The notes under the pieces are model-generated. The model worked only from the letters and a program-made list of their open reading frames with translations, was not told the DNA's origin and made no database searches. From Macrostomum lignano (Eukaryota), in NCBI GenBank assembly GCA_002269645.1, contig NIVC01000712.1, positions 372,001-436,000 on the forward strand: a stretch of DNA of 64,000 nucleotides. The letters are read 5' to 3'. Below are positions 40,601 through 51,800 of the stretch, piece by piece. Both the position numbers and the translations under genes were made by a program. Each line of letters starts with the position of its first letter. The first letter of the stretch is position 1.

Positions 40601-40769
40601 GGCCTCGGCCTCCCGCCTGCCTGCGCGCTTTGCTGCTCCATGGGCACGACTGCGCCGGTTGCGCTCTCTGCGCCGCTGGGTGCGGCGGGCAGCACTGCGC
40701 TGGCCGCGGGGGGTCTTGGCCTTGCCGCTGTTGGCTGCCGCAGCTTGAGGGCGCGGCACTCCAAGCCAA
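37656..40769 (-). CDS. LINE ORF2: apurinic endonuclease plus reverse transcriptase (1037 codons open, no upstream AUG)
   Basis: LATWNCRTL, LQEVS, VLGDLNA, LDHVL; RGISLMS, QNGFRP, FVDFRKAFDSV, GVLQGDTLAPFLF, YADDL, FTYLGG. Confidence 0.95.
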   Translation of the reverse strand: MAWSAAPSSCGSQQRQGQDPPRPAQCCPPHPAAQRAQPAQSCPWSSKARRQAGGRGPGSSGWRRGPRGPTASGPSRTRAPLRLATWNCRTLKENWRQGLLAKLAQETKMDLVALQEVSIVAGPGLQREELGAGWSLLYTSADERGHGGVGVLAGPKLQQSVCCQSLSPRLLRIDLRLRSRSAHIFCAYAPTAAHPDEARVFFEFLSGQVEAVAQRDTVIVLGDLNAVMRRSDRAPFVTPRENANNEALTDFVARHDMVSMNTWFRKPEQRLATFAGCKRPRRNNNRRRNATTRLAQLDHVLLHFRERGRVTNCDTIMPLAPKSDNKLLFCDIKLKDPLYRPPKRKPKHFFRALRDDATQVRFARAFVDALDGKKEADYPEICTAVQSAAEWTLPLVKPLQKGRPVWEVDPEVQSARLRLEQLRRAGRTAEVDEAEAALAAAYEQGQQAAVEETIRTVTTAGHDGKRRAVWSAVNALTGRKSRTSLNLPGDTAEARRNELRDFFGAIVNAPPPVLQAEMPLPPEVALPKEEDFDVSPITLDEVVLQAKKSPGGRAAGPDEIPVEALRVLPVARAVAGVMNRVLDGGAAPTEWTTAHMIPIPKKPGTTRKEEHRGISLMSCAAKLFNKILLTRLQPVLDPFLRHEQNGFRPHRGTATQILALRRTIEEARTRQATLICVFVDFRKAFDSVARGALVPVLRAYHVPQRLVSAVMALYQDTQAAVVTPDGLSDPFSTTSGVLQGDTLAPFLFVLVLDWVLRTALPSDADGFMLCRRTSSRHPEKRLSLLGYADDLALLASTADGAQRMLDSLVAIAATVGLVVITDKTEVLTVPAELPANITCRGADGHAAPLPRCTRFTYLGGLVPSVQEDLARRRGLAWAAFRSVRVVLQSAALPDRLRSRLFQAVVETVLTYNAETWTLTETLEKRLDAAHSSLLRAAFGISYPEVVSNAALYRRAGLRPPSETIRRRRLQLAGHVIRAETYCPEPVQDVLLLTLRGPWRRGQARTRRYVDCLLADAGVIGQTNAAAALREQARRRVL

Positions 40770-40825
40770 CCTTGGCTATGCTCCGGGGCGATGCTCTGCC
40801 CAGGGGTGCCAGGAGGTCGCGGCAT
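40322..40825 (-). CDS. Putative short Arg-rich ORF1 of the LINE, overlapping ORF2
   Basis: ATG at 40825 directly inside the element 5' end; RSAARRTQRRRERNRRSR basic tract. Confidence 0.45.
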   Translation of the reverse strand: MPRPPGTPGQSIAPEHSQGWLGVPRPQAAAANSGKAKTPRGQRSAARRTQRRRERNRRSRAHGAAKRAGRREAEALDPPGGAGDHEAQQHRAPAVPEHPFGWQPGTAGPSRRTGARACWQSWLRRRRWTWWLCRRCLSWPAPASSVKSWELAGASCTHQRTREVMEE

Positions 40826-40844
40826 ATTTATACGCCAGGGGCGT

Positions 40845-41180
40845 ATAAATAAGATGGCTCATAAATAAGATGGCTCATAAATAAGATGGCTCATAAATAA
40901 GATGGCTCATAAATAAGATGGCTCATAAATAAGATGGCTCATAAATAAGATGGCTCATAAATAAGATGGCTCATAAATAAGATGGCTCATAAATAAGATG
41001 GCTCATAAATAAGATGGCTCATAAATAAGATGGCTCATAAATAAGATGGCTCATAAATAAGATGGCTCATAAATAAGATGGCTCATAAATAAGATGGCTC
41101 ATAAATAAGATGGCTCATAAATAAGATGGCTCATAAATAAGATGGCTCATAAATAAGATGGCTCATAAATAAGATGGCTC
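40845..41180. repeat. 16-bp minisatellite ATAAATAAGATGGCTC, ~21 perfect copies
   Basis: Direct inspection. Confidence 0.98.
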
Positions 41181-41563
41181 GTACATGTACATGTATAATG
41201 AGGGATAAAAGTATGAATAATGCATAACAGAAATTTGAAAATGCTTGCTTTTACAATGAGGCCGAGGGCAGCTTTTACAACAAAAGTTCACAATGGGCAA
41301 AAATTAAAAATTCAATATTGTGATTATAATGCAAATCGAAGTAAAAATATTCATCGTAAACCTTCACTGGTGGTGATAAAATTGACGATACGCTAGCGTA
41401 TACTAAATAACCCATGTTGAGTTGAGTCTACAGTGGACTCTGAAAAGTCACCAGCCATTATTTTAGAAATAATGAACAAAACACACAAAATATTAATGCA
41501 TCTTGGTTTCGTTTCAAATTCTGTAGACTTTCTAATTTTTCGTGCACATTTTTGTGTAAGCGT

Positions 41564-41878
41564 CAGGGGCGTCGCCACCGGGGGAAAAGGGGGACATGTC
41601 CCCCCAGTAAAAGTTTTGCCAATGCCAATGCTTTGATCCCCCACGCCACTTTTGTCGACTCGTTGTGGAAATCGAAAATTTTGCTTCAGGGCGACAAAAC
41701 AAAAAAGACCAAAAAAGGCCTGCGGCGCTAAAACGAGTGCCTGTGACGTCAAAATAATCGCTGACAAAACCGATTCTGAAAATAGTGTACATGTAGAAAT
41801 TTAGTCATGAACATGTACGTGTAGAATTATTGGCTTGGTCTCTCTCTCTCCTCCATAAAATCCATGGCGAAGCCCCTG
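41564..41878. mobile_element. hAT-type MITE, copy in unit B
   Basis: TIR CAGGGGCGTCGCCA / TGGCGAAGCCCCTG (13/14 match); 8-bp TSD GTAAGCGT at 41556-41563 and 41879-41886. Confidence 0.82.
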
Positions 41879-42000
41879 GTAAGCGTTAAGCCTAGCTTGA
41901 AGAGAAAGGATCGCGGGTATGAAATTATGACAGTGATGTTAGAATAAATCTCGTACAACAGACTTGGACAGTGTAACTGTTAGTCGCATGGAACCTCGAT

Positions 42001-44068
42001 TCATACATGTACGAACTTCAACTGCATGAGACTTATTTGCTCACTCTGTGAGTCATTGATATGAAACGGTGTTTTTATAGAACGCACGGTGCTAGGACTT
42101 GAGCTTCTTTGACTCGCTGATGAGTGGCAATGGAGCACAAAAAGTACGAGACCGAGTACGAGTGAAATTGTGACTACTACGGCGCTAGCAAGCCCGATGA
42201 ACAAAGCGATACTAGGCTGCCAGCCAGTGGCTTTTGTATTCGCAATAACCGTCGTGCCATTAATTGAACTTGCTGAGCTCATCACGGCTGAGCTTTTTTT
42301 CATCTGCTTTAATATTTGGATCATCTCTTTCGAGTAGCCGTGCGTGCAGCTCGCAGTCTCCGGTAAGCTCAGCAGCGACAGCATCGGGCTGCTGCAGTCA
42401 ACGAACTCGACCACAGGTCTGTCTGATTCAGCAAGTATCAGAGTGGCACACCTGCCAGTAGTAGACTCTGGCGGCACTCTGGTCATAAAAGAAACAATTT
42501 TTAACGAAATTTAATACTCAATTTTATGTGAACTAAGAGCAATAAGTTTTACTTGAAGTCGGCGGGTAGCTGAATTGGTAGGCAACCATTGTCCCTCTTG
42601 GACATAAAGGACATCACGGTTTTGTCAGTCTTGAGAAACATGCCTAGACGCAACGGCTGGCTCAGACTCAGGGGCCGTCTGTACGGGATTTCCTTAAGCT
42701 TGGCTTCGTCTAAAATTGAAATTAATAATCTGATTTGATTATTTCATTACACTATTGGCGTTTGCCATTAGCTTGAACTGCTCACTAGCAGCGATGAACT
42801 GACTGATATCACTTGAGTTCTCGAAGCTGGCTAGCTGCACACCGCCTCTGATGTTTAACAGGCTGGTTTGAATGTCCTGCGGCACTTTTGTGACATAGTA
42901 GCAACTGCCTCTAAAGTTGAGCATGTCGAAGGCGCAGTGCCCGCTGCTGGGCAGCACAATTCTCAGGCCCACTGCACTGGCTGACTCAGCTTTCGAGTCC
43001 TTTGTTGATTCTACGACGATGTAGGCTCTATTTTGGGTTTGAGGAAATTGCTCCATCAGAGCGATATTTTGAGTCTTTTAATGGTTTAGTTTCTATTCAA
43101 AGGACTTTTACTGCCTCTGGACAAGAGACAGGGGTTTCAGCACCAGGGGTTTTGGCACCAGGGGTTTTAGCACCAGGGGTTTTAGCACCAGGGGTTTTAG
43201 CACCAGGGGCGCCAGCACCAGGGGCGCCAGCACCAGGCGCGCCAGCACCAGGGGCGCCAGCACCAGGGGCGCCAGCACCAGGGGCGCCAGCACCAGGGGC
43301 GCCAGCACCAGGGGCGCCAGCACCAGGGGCGCCAGCACCAGGGGCGCCAGCACCAGGGGCGCCAGCACCAGGGGCGCCAGCACCAGGGGCGCCAGCACCA
43401 GGGGCGCCAGCACCAGGGGCGCCAGCACCAGGGGCGCCAGCACCAGGGGCGCCAGCACCAGGGGCGCCAGCACCAGGGGCGCCAGCACCAGGGGCGCCAG
43501 CACCAGGGGCGCCAGCACCAGGGGCGCCAGCACCAGGGGCGCCAGCACCAGGGGCGCCAGCACCAGGGGCGCCAGCACCAGGGGCGCCAGCACCAGGGGC
43601 GCCAGCACCCTAGGTCTGCAGACTCTAGACCCAAAGAGTACCGAAAACGGAATTCCTATTCTTCTCTGTTACTTTATCGGAAGATTCTCAGGCAATAACT
43701 AATCATATGAAATACAAAATATTGTATTCGGAATTACTGACCCAGGTCGCAGGGTGACGGCTTGAACGAATCCAGCTACCAAATCGATATTAGTCGGAGA
43801 TCCATCGGACCACCTTATGGTGACTGAGAGCTTGGCTTTGATCTGGCTTCGAATGGCATCTCCGATAGGCAGCCCTATTAAATAGATCGTGATGGGTTCT
43901 TTAACGTCACGAAACCGAACTTCCCATCGACAGTGCCTGTTTGCGGTTCTTTTCTCTCCAGCTTCGTCTTGGGTCGTTGGCAGCAGTTTTTCGTCACGGT
44001 TGTAGTAGCCGTCCATCTCTATTTTGACAGTGTGCTCATCCACACAGTGGTAATTGGCTGTATAAACA
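42001..44068 (-). CDS. Family Y receptor, copy Y3 (CUB-like, C-type-lectin-like, TM); 5' signal exon not resolved
   Basis: Exons 43742-44068, 42786-43027, 42553-42709, 42001-42478 are phase-compatible and open. HCVDEHTVKI..HCRWEVRF; HCAFDMLNFRGSCYYV..QLASF; LRLGM; RCATL..DCSSPM; TM IALFIGLASAVVVTISLVLGLVLFVL. Confidence 0.78.
43135..43610. repeat. 15-bp minisatellite AGCACCAGGGGCGCC (main variant), ~31 copies
   Basis: Direct inspection; paralog of 29410-29910. Confidence 0.97.
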
Positions 44069-45449
44069 CTGAAATTGTATAAAAATTTTAAGGCTGATTT
44101 AGATTTTGGCCTTGTATTAACTGAAAAAACAGGGACTATAAATAAGGTCTCCATGGTGTCTCGCATGGGACAGAGGTAGCCCAAAAGTTAACGGGTCCAG
44201 CATTCACACCACGAGAGCCACTGGTTGGTTTGAGTTCGACTCCATTCGATGGTTTGTGTACGGAAATTTACCAGTGGGCTGTCGTGTGATTTACACACAT
44301 GAGAGTCAACCCAGTTGCGCGCTTGTATTGCTCAGGAGCCAGTAAATATATGGCTATTAGCCAAAAGAAGTGCTTTCACACTTCGCTTACAGTCTGTAGA
44401 CTGTCGGATACAGCAGCAGCAGTATCTGTGCGCTGAATTTCTGAAGTCAAAGTTTTGTAAAAAGTTGGCAGTGAAAAGCAAGGCTATACTCGTAGGCTGC
44501 CCAATAATTTCACAATAAACCAATAATACATGTAGCTTTATTTCACAATAAAGTAATGCGATTTTTTGAGGGTTATAACTGTAAAACATGTTAGGTGTTG
44601 TTACACATGTAATTGACAGTTTATTATTCTCCTTGCACTGTACCCATTAATTAGCATAAAAACAGCTAGAATGGAGTGGAAGTTACCAAGCAAAACACTG
44701 AGCTGTTTATTTGGTGCAAAATACTCGTAGAAGTAAAAAAACAGTAAACAGGCCTGGATTAAGCAGTCACATGATGCAAATCTCGTGACTTATTATAAGG
44801 AACCTTAGATCGTTCAGGCTAAAAATATACACACACTGCTGTACCCGTCCTTCGCACGTACTTCAGTACTGCAGTTCTATATTTAGCCACACTGTACACT
44901 GGTCCAATGTACAGACAAAAAGGGAAGTTTGTTGCAGAGTACGGGGCTGCTAGAAACTGTTTACGCATTATAAATTTAACGAAAACTGTGTATTTCAGAG
45001 ATTTAATTTTTTGCTACATCTTTCCGATTTTTATGTTTGCCACAAAAACTGCAGCTCTTTTAAGTCTTCATTAGCTGAGAGTAAGGTGTTTGCCAAGTTT
45101 ACAGTAAATCTACATGTAATGAAATCTAGCACGCCAAAATTAGCGTAATTTTTAAAACGGAGACTGTGCATTTTGCAATACGCAAAAATGCAAGCATTTT
45201 TCAACGAATCAATCAAAATACATGCGTTAAAAAAAAACTTACTCGTGTCAACATCATGGCGGTTGATTAAGAGTTGGCCGCATGCCTTTCTCACCGCACA
45301 TGCCTTGGGGTAGCTACATGCCTGAATTCCTGCTTCTTTGCGGGCAGTTCCTAAGGCCATTACTATATAGAGCAAGGCCAGCCAATAAGAGTGCTCGTAC
45401 ATGTACATGGCGAATTCAGCATGCCAGTGAAGTATGAGACAGACCTATA

Positions 45450-45942
45450 AACGAAGCGGGTCCAGGAGTCCCTGGCTAAGGTCTGCGATGCACCACGCCT
45501 GCCCCATCTTCAGCAGGTAAAGGCTGGTGGGAGGTCTGCACCCTCTATTTGCCTCTGGCAGCCGCAGGCCCCCCCCCACGCTGTCTCGCAAGCCGACCCA
45601 GGGGTACCCGTCCCCGCGTGTGTTCAATTGGCAGAACCTAGGGCTGCCGAACAGACTGGGCTCCGGCGCTGGGGAACCATGTCAGGTGGAGCGGCCGGGT
45701 GGGTACCGCGCGGCGCGCCTCTTTGAGGGTAGCCCACCAACCTTTATCATGGCCTTCGAGCCGACTATGGATAATCAAGCTGCTGGCGACACTAGGGAAG
45801 CTCCCTGGGCCATAGCCCCCCCCCCTCGTCCTTCGTCCATAGCGACGCGTCGGCCGTTCAGGGATTAGCGGAATAGGCGTTCGCGCCTTCCCGCTGTGTC
45901 CCCCTCCGCGACAGCCCTGCAGCTAAGTCAAGTCAAGTCAAG
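45450..45942 (+). mobile_element. 3' fragment of a non-LTR retroelement with an (AAGTC)n tail
   Basis: MHHACPIFSR knuckle-like remnant, GC-rich 3'UTR, ending CTAAGTCAAGTCAAGTCAAG. Confidence 0.5.
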
Positions 45943-48847
45943 AAGAGTCAAACCAAGCGGAACCACACCATTAAATCACATACAAGGTAAAATACTGCAG
46001 TAAGAGACACATGTGTAAACTATATAGAATTTGTCAGAGCAATCTTCCACTTATCAAAAACAATTTTCAACAGTAGAATCATAGGAGAAAAGCTTTATAA
46101 CAGCTCATATCATATCATGTTTATTATTACTTGTTATTCTTCGTACCGACATGTACTCTGGATGAACCTGAACAAAATGAACAAATACTTTTGACATCGA
46201 TAGACCAATAGCAGTCAGAAGAAGCCATAAAGATTTAAGTAGAATTTTCTGCGGCCAGTGTAGTATGAGTGACTACCTTAATGCAGAGCCCGAAAACCTA
46301 GAGTTCTTTTAGCTCTATCATAATGATGAGGCATAATGATGATAGACCAGCGCTGGTAATGCTTTTGTTTCAAAACAGATTGAATATATGGCTCCAAAGT
46401 TTTGAGGATGGTATCAGCGTTCAAATGCTGATGTGCCATCCTGTAGTGTGTTCTACCTCCCGTTAAAAAGGTAAAAAGAAGTTAATCGTAGAATGCTACT
46501 ATAAGTAAGTAAGTACACGCATGTGCACCTAAATTTTGAATGAATCACGCTACCAGGAAAAGATGTTACCAGAAAAATACGCCATGAGCCATTTTCCCCT
46601 TTTAGCGCAACACGTGAATTGTAATGATACTATTTTGGACCGAAAATTCGTCTATAAATACAAGCGGTCCGAAGCGGACCAGGAGCCAACTCCCGACGAG
46701 AGGAGAAGCTCCGAAGAGGAAGCCTTAGGAGGACTTCCTGATCACCAAGTCAATCGAGACTCGGTCGAGTTGTTGCGGTAAGCCTTACTTATTTGCGCCC
46801 GTTGTGTTAGAGACGTCTCGCTCAAGTCTATTGAGACTTGGGTTTATTTGAGTCTGTTGAGACTCTTGAGTCTGTTTAGACTCCACTGGTTGCAGTCTCC
46901 AGAAGGGCTGCCCCTGATAGATCTTAGGAGACTATCAGTGGTTTCCGGAGCTATACCTAGAGTGCATAGAGGCACTGCTAGAAGAAGGAGGCTTAATTCA
47001 AACCGCAGTTCGGCGCAGGGTACCCATTGTTGATACGAGGCCTCTGATTGGTCCTGACTGAAGATACCGGCCGGAGGAACTTATCGGAAGTACAAGAGGA
47101 ACCAGGACCAGAGCAACTGAAGAATCAAGGCGCCTGATCTACGAGATCACATAGAGATCCAAGCGAGATCTACTCGAAGACTACAGAAGAGATATCTCCA
47201 AGCGACGTCAAGGTAAGAAGTACCTTTAATTGACATACTGGGTTGCCTAGCTACTGAGCTAGAAGTGATTGTTCCTTGATTATCGAAAGTCGGGTAATAA
47301 GGAACACATCAATCCCACACTAATTATTGTGTAGGTCGCGTGTTAAAGTGCAGCACGGGCCTGCTGCGCGTGGCAGCTTTGGCACGTGCGACCGAACCGC
47401 GCCCCTGCCACCCCCTGCAGCCCGTGACGTGTGCTTAGAAGGCGAGGACAGTAAATGGAGGAGAGAGCTAAAAACTTTCTCTCCCCGTAAAGTTAAATAA
47501 ACTCGCACATCGGTTCGAGAGACTCCACCGATCTTTACACACTACGGGCCTGAGCTCGGCCGTTAGGCTTGTGTCCTCGGAAAAATGTAACCGGAGCATT
47601 GAAAATGGTTTTTGTGTTCCATCTTTTGCTGTCGTAGACAGAAGGTAGTGGATAGCTCGTACCAACAAAATATCCGCTATAGATGGAACCACGAGCTCGT
47701 AGTTATAGATAGCACAATAGTGGCGAAGTCAGGAATAGTAGGGAAAAGTGCACACAGTCGGAGGGCTTCGCTTTTTTAAGCTTGAACCTGCCGTCGTCGA
47801 GTTTAAATGAAACCAGAAGGTAGATTCACTTAGGCAAAGTAAACTAACCTACTGAACGCATGGTGCCAGCTAGGTAAATTAACCTTCAGTAGTAAATTTG
47901 CTCCCTGGAGGATTTCGCGGTAGGTTAATTTGCCGAAATTTACTTCACTAGCGCAGCAGCGGCGTCAGTTAATTTACGTTAGTAAGCATTAATAGCGTGA
48001 CGAAATTTACTGTTGCTTAAAAGTTAATTAAACTTTAAGCTAGTAGTTAATTACCCCCCAATATTAACCTTCTTTTTCCACGGGTGCTGTAGCTCAAAAT
48101 TTTGCAAGTCTAAAATCTTAAAATCTTTTAAATCTAAAATTTCTAGGAATTTCGGATAATTTGTGTTGGCGAATTTCAAGCGTATAAAATTTCAAGTCAA
48201 TTAAAAAAGTATGTCAGCTATTATGACTTTAGCCAATATCAATTTATGAGTCCTTTTCCGACTTATTTATTGACAGAAGTAGAGCACTGGGCCATTAATC
48301 ATTGTAGCAACTGCTAAATTATAAAATTTCTCTGCATATTGATTTCAATTCTAGAAGGTTTCTTTGATTTGGCCGAGCATCATCCATAAAAAATTTCAAA
48401 ATGACTCATTGAGGATACACAGAAGCATAAAAAATCGCCATCACAGAAGACTCCGTCTGTGGCCGCCACTTTTGAGAGTGCAGGTAAAGTCTCTCAATCT
48501 TTGCGAGTGACGCAACTTATCTGATACACACCGCGGCAGACTTGAGTTGAGGAATGAAGTGGGGGAGCGATGTGCGAGGGATGGACGGATTAAAGCTGCC
48601 CCGATAAGTTTTCTCGTATCTTTTATTTCAGAATAATCCATGACAAATTGCTCACTGGCGCATAGAGTGGCGACTTTTCAATGTTGCTGAGTATAAATGA
48701 GAACTGCAACTTTAAAACTGCATGCGAACATGAGACAAGGAAGATTTTTTAAGGTAAAGTTGCTTTTCTATTGTTTGTGGTTGAAAATTTCGAAGGCAAA
48801 TTATTGAGTATATCAGCCTATTTGTTTTCAAATATTTCACCTGCGTA

Positions 48848-51800
48848 TCACGGGCTAGTAACTGGCTCAAATAATATGGGAACGCTGAGCAGCTTCCCTT
48901 CGAGTTCAGTTGCTGATGAGGAATTGTCGTCAATTTTTATCGGCAACTCTATTTGCGCCGCAGGCTCTGAGATATTCTGCTCCGTGTCCTTTTCCTGCGC
49001 CCTCGATCGATACTGTTGTGAGTAGCAAGCTCTCAAAAGATGACGATAGTAATAAACTATTATCGCAATCAAAATAATCGTAAAAGCTAAAGGAAGTACT
49101 AGTAAGAATAAGACATTGCTCTCCTTGTCTTTCGGTTCATTCGAGAATTCACTGAGCAGTGGTCGGATGCCACAGCTGGTCCCGACACCCACTGCAAAGT
49201 TTACATCTGGACTTCCGTCTGCAGTTTCGGGAAATCTGATCAGCAGTGGCAGCCGCTTGTTGCAGCTGGTGAAGTCCAGCAATTCACTTCCCGCTGCTGT
49301 AGTCATCAAGGATACGCACCTGTCTTTGGCTTTTTTATGCAGTCTGAAAATATTGGTTGAAATGCAGGTGTGAAACTGTGAACTTTGAACCAGTGAAGCT
49401 TTCGTTGAGCATCAGGAAGAGTTGATTAGGCCAAACAATCAGTAGATTTCGAGCGGTAAATAAAGCGACTGACCTTAGCTAATGAAATCTCGGGTCCCCC
49501 CTCCTTCTACAAGCTACAACTTTATTGCTCCGATCACCTGAGCGCCTCCATGTGGGGAGAAGTAAAAGGCATACTCTCTACACTGAGCACTGGCTCAGAC
49601 CATCAGCAATAAAGTGCTTGAAAATCATTTAGAAATTCCAGTCCGACCGATTGAGGCTCTGTATAATAAGTCCACAGCTCCAAACAGTAACACCCATTAC
49701 TCTTGACATTTGTGCTTCTAGTACAATCATGTCGTTAAACTTTACTAATGGGACTTTAATCTCTTTGTCCATCTTTTGTTTGTTATAATTCATCTATTAA
49801 CTGACAAATAATCATACAACCATGCAACTTGAAGTACAAAAATGCGGCGAAACCTTAAATTGTTGGTTTTTAGCGCATTCATTGGTGACTTACGGAAAAT
49901 GGCTTGCGGTTAAATTCTGCTGAACCTGAAGCCAACAATCGCTGCTATTCTTAGTCACATTCAGCACTGCGACTGTGTCGTTAGCTGTCGATCTGAACAT
50001 TCCCAAGTAGGCGGCAGTTTTCAGGTTGAGAGGACGCCGGAATGGAAACTCATTCAGCTTGGCATTGTCTGAAAGTTGAAAGTTGAAATCAATGTTGTAC
50101 AGTAGGGGTCGGGAAATTTTTTTACTTCAATGGCCAAATGAATAATCCAACTCTGCCGCGGGCTAGGTGAGAGAGAAAAGGAGAGGAAAAAGTAGAAGAG
50201 AAAGGGAAAGGGAGAGAAGAGAGAGAAGAGAAGAGAGAGGAGAGAAGAGAGAGGAGGGGAGAGAGAAGAGGGGAGACAAGAGGGGAGACAAGAAGGGAGA
50301 CAAGAGGGGAGACAAGAAGGGAGACAAGAGGGGGTACAAGAGGGGAGACAAGAAGGGAGACATGAGAGGAGACAAGAGGGGAGACAGGAGGGGGGACAAG
50401 AGGGGGTACAAGAGGGGAGACAAGAGGGGAGACAAGAGGGGAGACAGGAGGGGGGACAAGAGGGGAGACAGGAGGGGGGACAAGAGGGGAGACAAGAGGG
50501 GAGACAAGAGGGGAGACAAGAGGGGGTACAAGAGGGGAGACAAGAAGGGAGACAAGAGGGGAGACAAGAGGGGGTACAAGAGGGGAGACAGGAGGGGGAC
50601 AAGAGGGGGTACAAGAGGGGAGACAAGAGGGGAGACAAGAGGGGAGACAGGAGGGGGGACAAGAGGGGAGACAAAGAGGGGAGACAAGAGGGGAGACAAG
50701 CTGCAGGGCTGTACCGGAGGGACAGCGGGAATGTGGTGACGCATAGTTGGCCTAATCAAGGAGTCATAGAACCAACACTTGGATAAACAACTCAGACAGG
50801 CTCATGGGCTATTGTTTGAAAGGAAGCTGTTTTGTTTACTCAAATAGCTACGGATAATTTCATCAGCTCTAAACACTTTAAGAGAAGTTACAAAGCTTTA
50901 GTAAAAAATGAAGCCGCTGTCGCCTCTCTTCTTGTGCGTAAACTGTATAAAAGCAGTCAACCTACAGTCGCTTCTGTAGGCCTGAAGTATCTGTTTGTGC
51001 AGTCAGTACGATGCCATGAATTCATCACCGATGTCCAACATAAATTTTATTAAGCTACCATCAAAAGTATGCAAACTAAATGATCTTTTGATGCAGCCCG
51101 GTAAGCACATAACTCTCCATCTTAAGGGCCTGTGTTCGAAAAATTGGCTGTGGGTTTGTCGTGTGATTCACAGCCATGAGGGGCCAACCCCCCAAGGCGC
51201 AGAAAGGGAACATGCCTGGCTAGACTAGAAAGTCAGGGTCGCTGTACACCCTGTGCGAGCGTGTGTGAGTGCGTGTCTGCGTACAGTCACCGGCCTCGGG
51301 AGTCAGCTGAATGGGCAGAATTGTGTCAGCGCTGGTTGTGAGACGATGTCGCTGAAAGCGTTTTTCCCGGCTGCCTGGATCCCTTCTGCAATTATAATTA
51401 TCATCTTTGCCCAATCATTAAATCACATGTTAATATTGCATCATAATTCCTCACTGGCAGCAACGAACTCTCTGATCTCAGTCATGCTGGAGAAGCTGGC
51501 CAGCTGAGCATCGCCTCTGATGCTGGACATGGCGGCTGTCATATTCTGAAATATCCGGCTCAAGGCGTAACAGTCTCCCCGGAAGCTCAGCATGTCCGTG
51601 GCGCAGTGATTCCTTATTGGATGAACAATTCTCAGGCCGACTCGACTGCCTCTCCGTTCTGTAGAATTGTTGCTAAATACAGCGGATATGTGGCCTCTGA
51701 AAATTGATGCAGATTATTCATTTCTCCTAACAATTAGGCTACCTAGAAGTACGCTTGAATATAGAGTTTTACGAGTACATGGAAAATTAACATCTGATCT

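Larger units (their letters stand above)
37540..41185 (-). mobile_element. Full-length RTE-like LINE with (ATGT)n tail, 5' 16-bp array and 12-bp TSD
   Basis: TGTACATGTATA at 37528-37539 and 41186-41197. Absent from the paralogous unit A site (~23600). APE+RT ORF; visibly GC-rich relative to its flanks. Confidence 0.92.
16610..43610. other. Tandem segmental duplication: unit A ~16610-29910 and unit B ~29911-43610
   Basis: Same order in both units: 20-mer array, X gene, hAT MITE, Y 3' exons, 15-mer array. Intronic sequence is alignable throughout. Confidence 0.9.

Noticed and set aside
37848-40852. Many overlapping ORFs on both strands of the LINE (and within the Gypsy element)
   Set aside because: GC-rich coding sequence yields stop-poor alternative frames, and none has recognisable motifs. 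Only the Arg-rich ORF1 was kept, tentatively.
44190-44330. SINE-like fragment (GAGTTCGACTCC) with weak similarity to 51145-51200
   Set aside because: Too short and degraded to define boundaries or a family.
46536-46781. 81-aa ORF
   Set aside because: No motif, paralog or splice support.
46805-47310. Possible solo LTR starting TGTTAG
   Set aside because: No matching CTAACA end, TSD or second copy was found.
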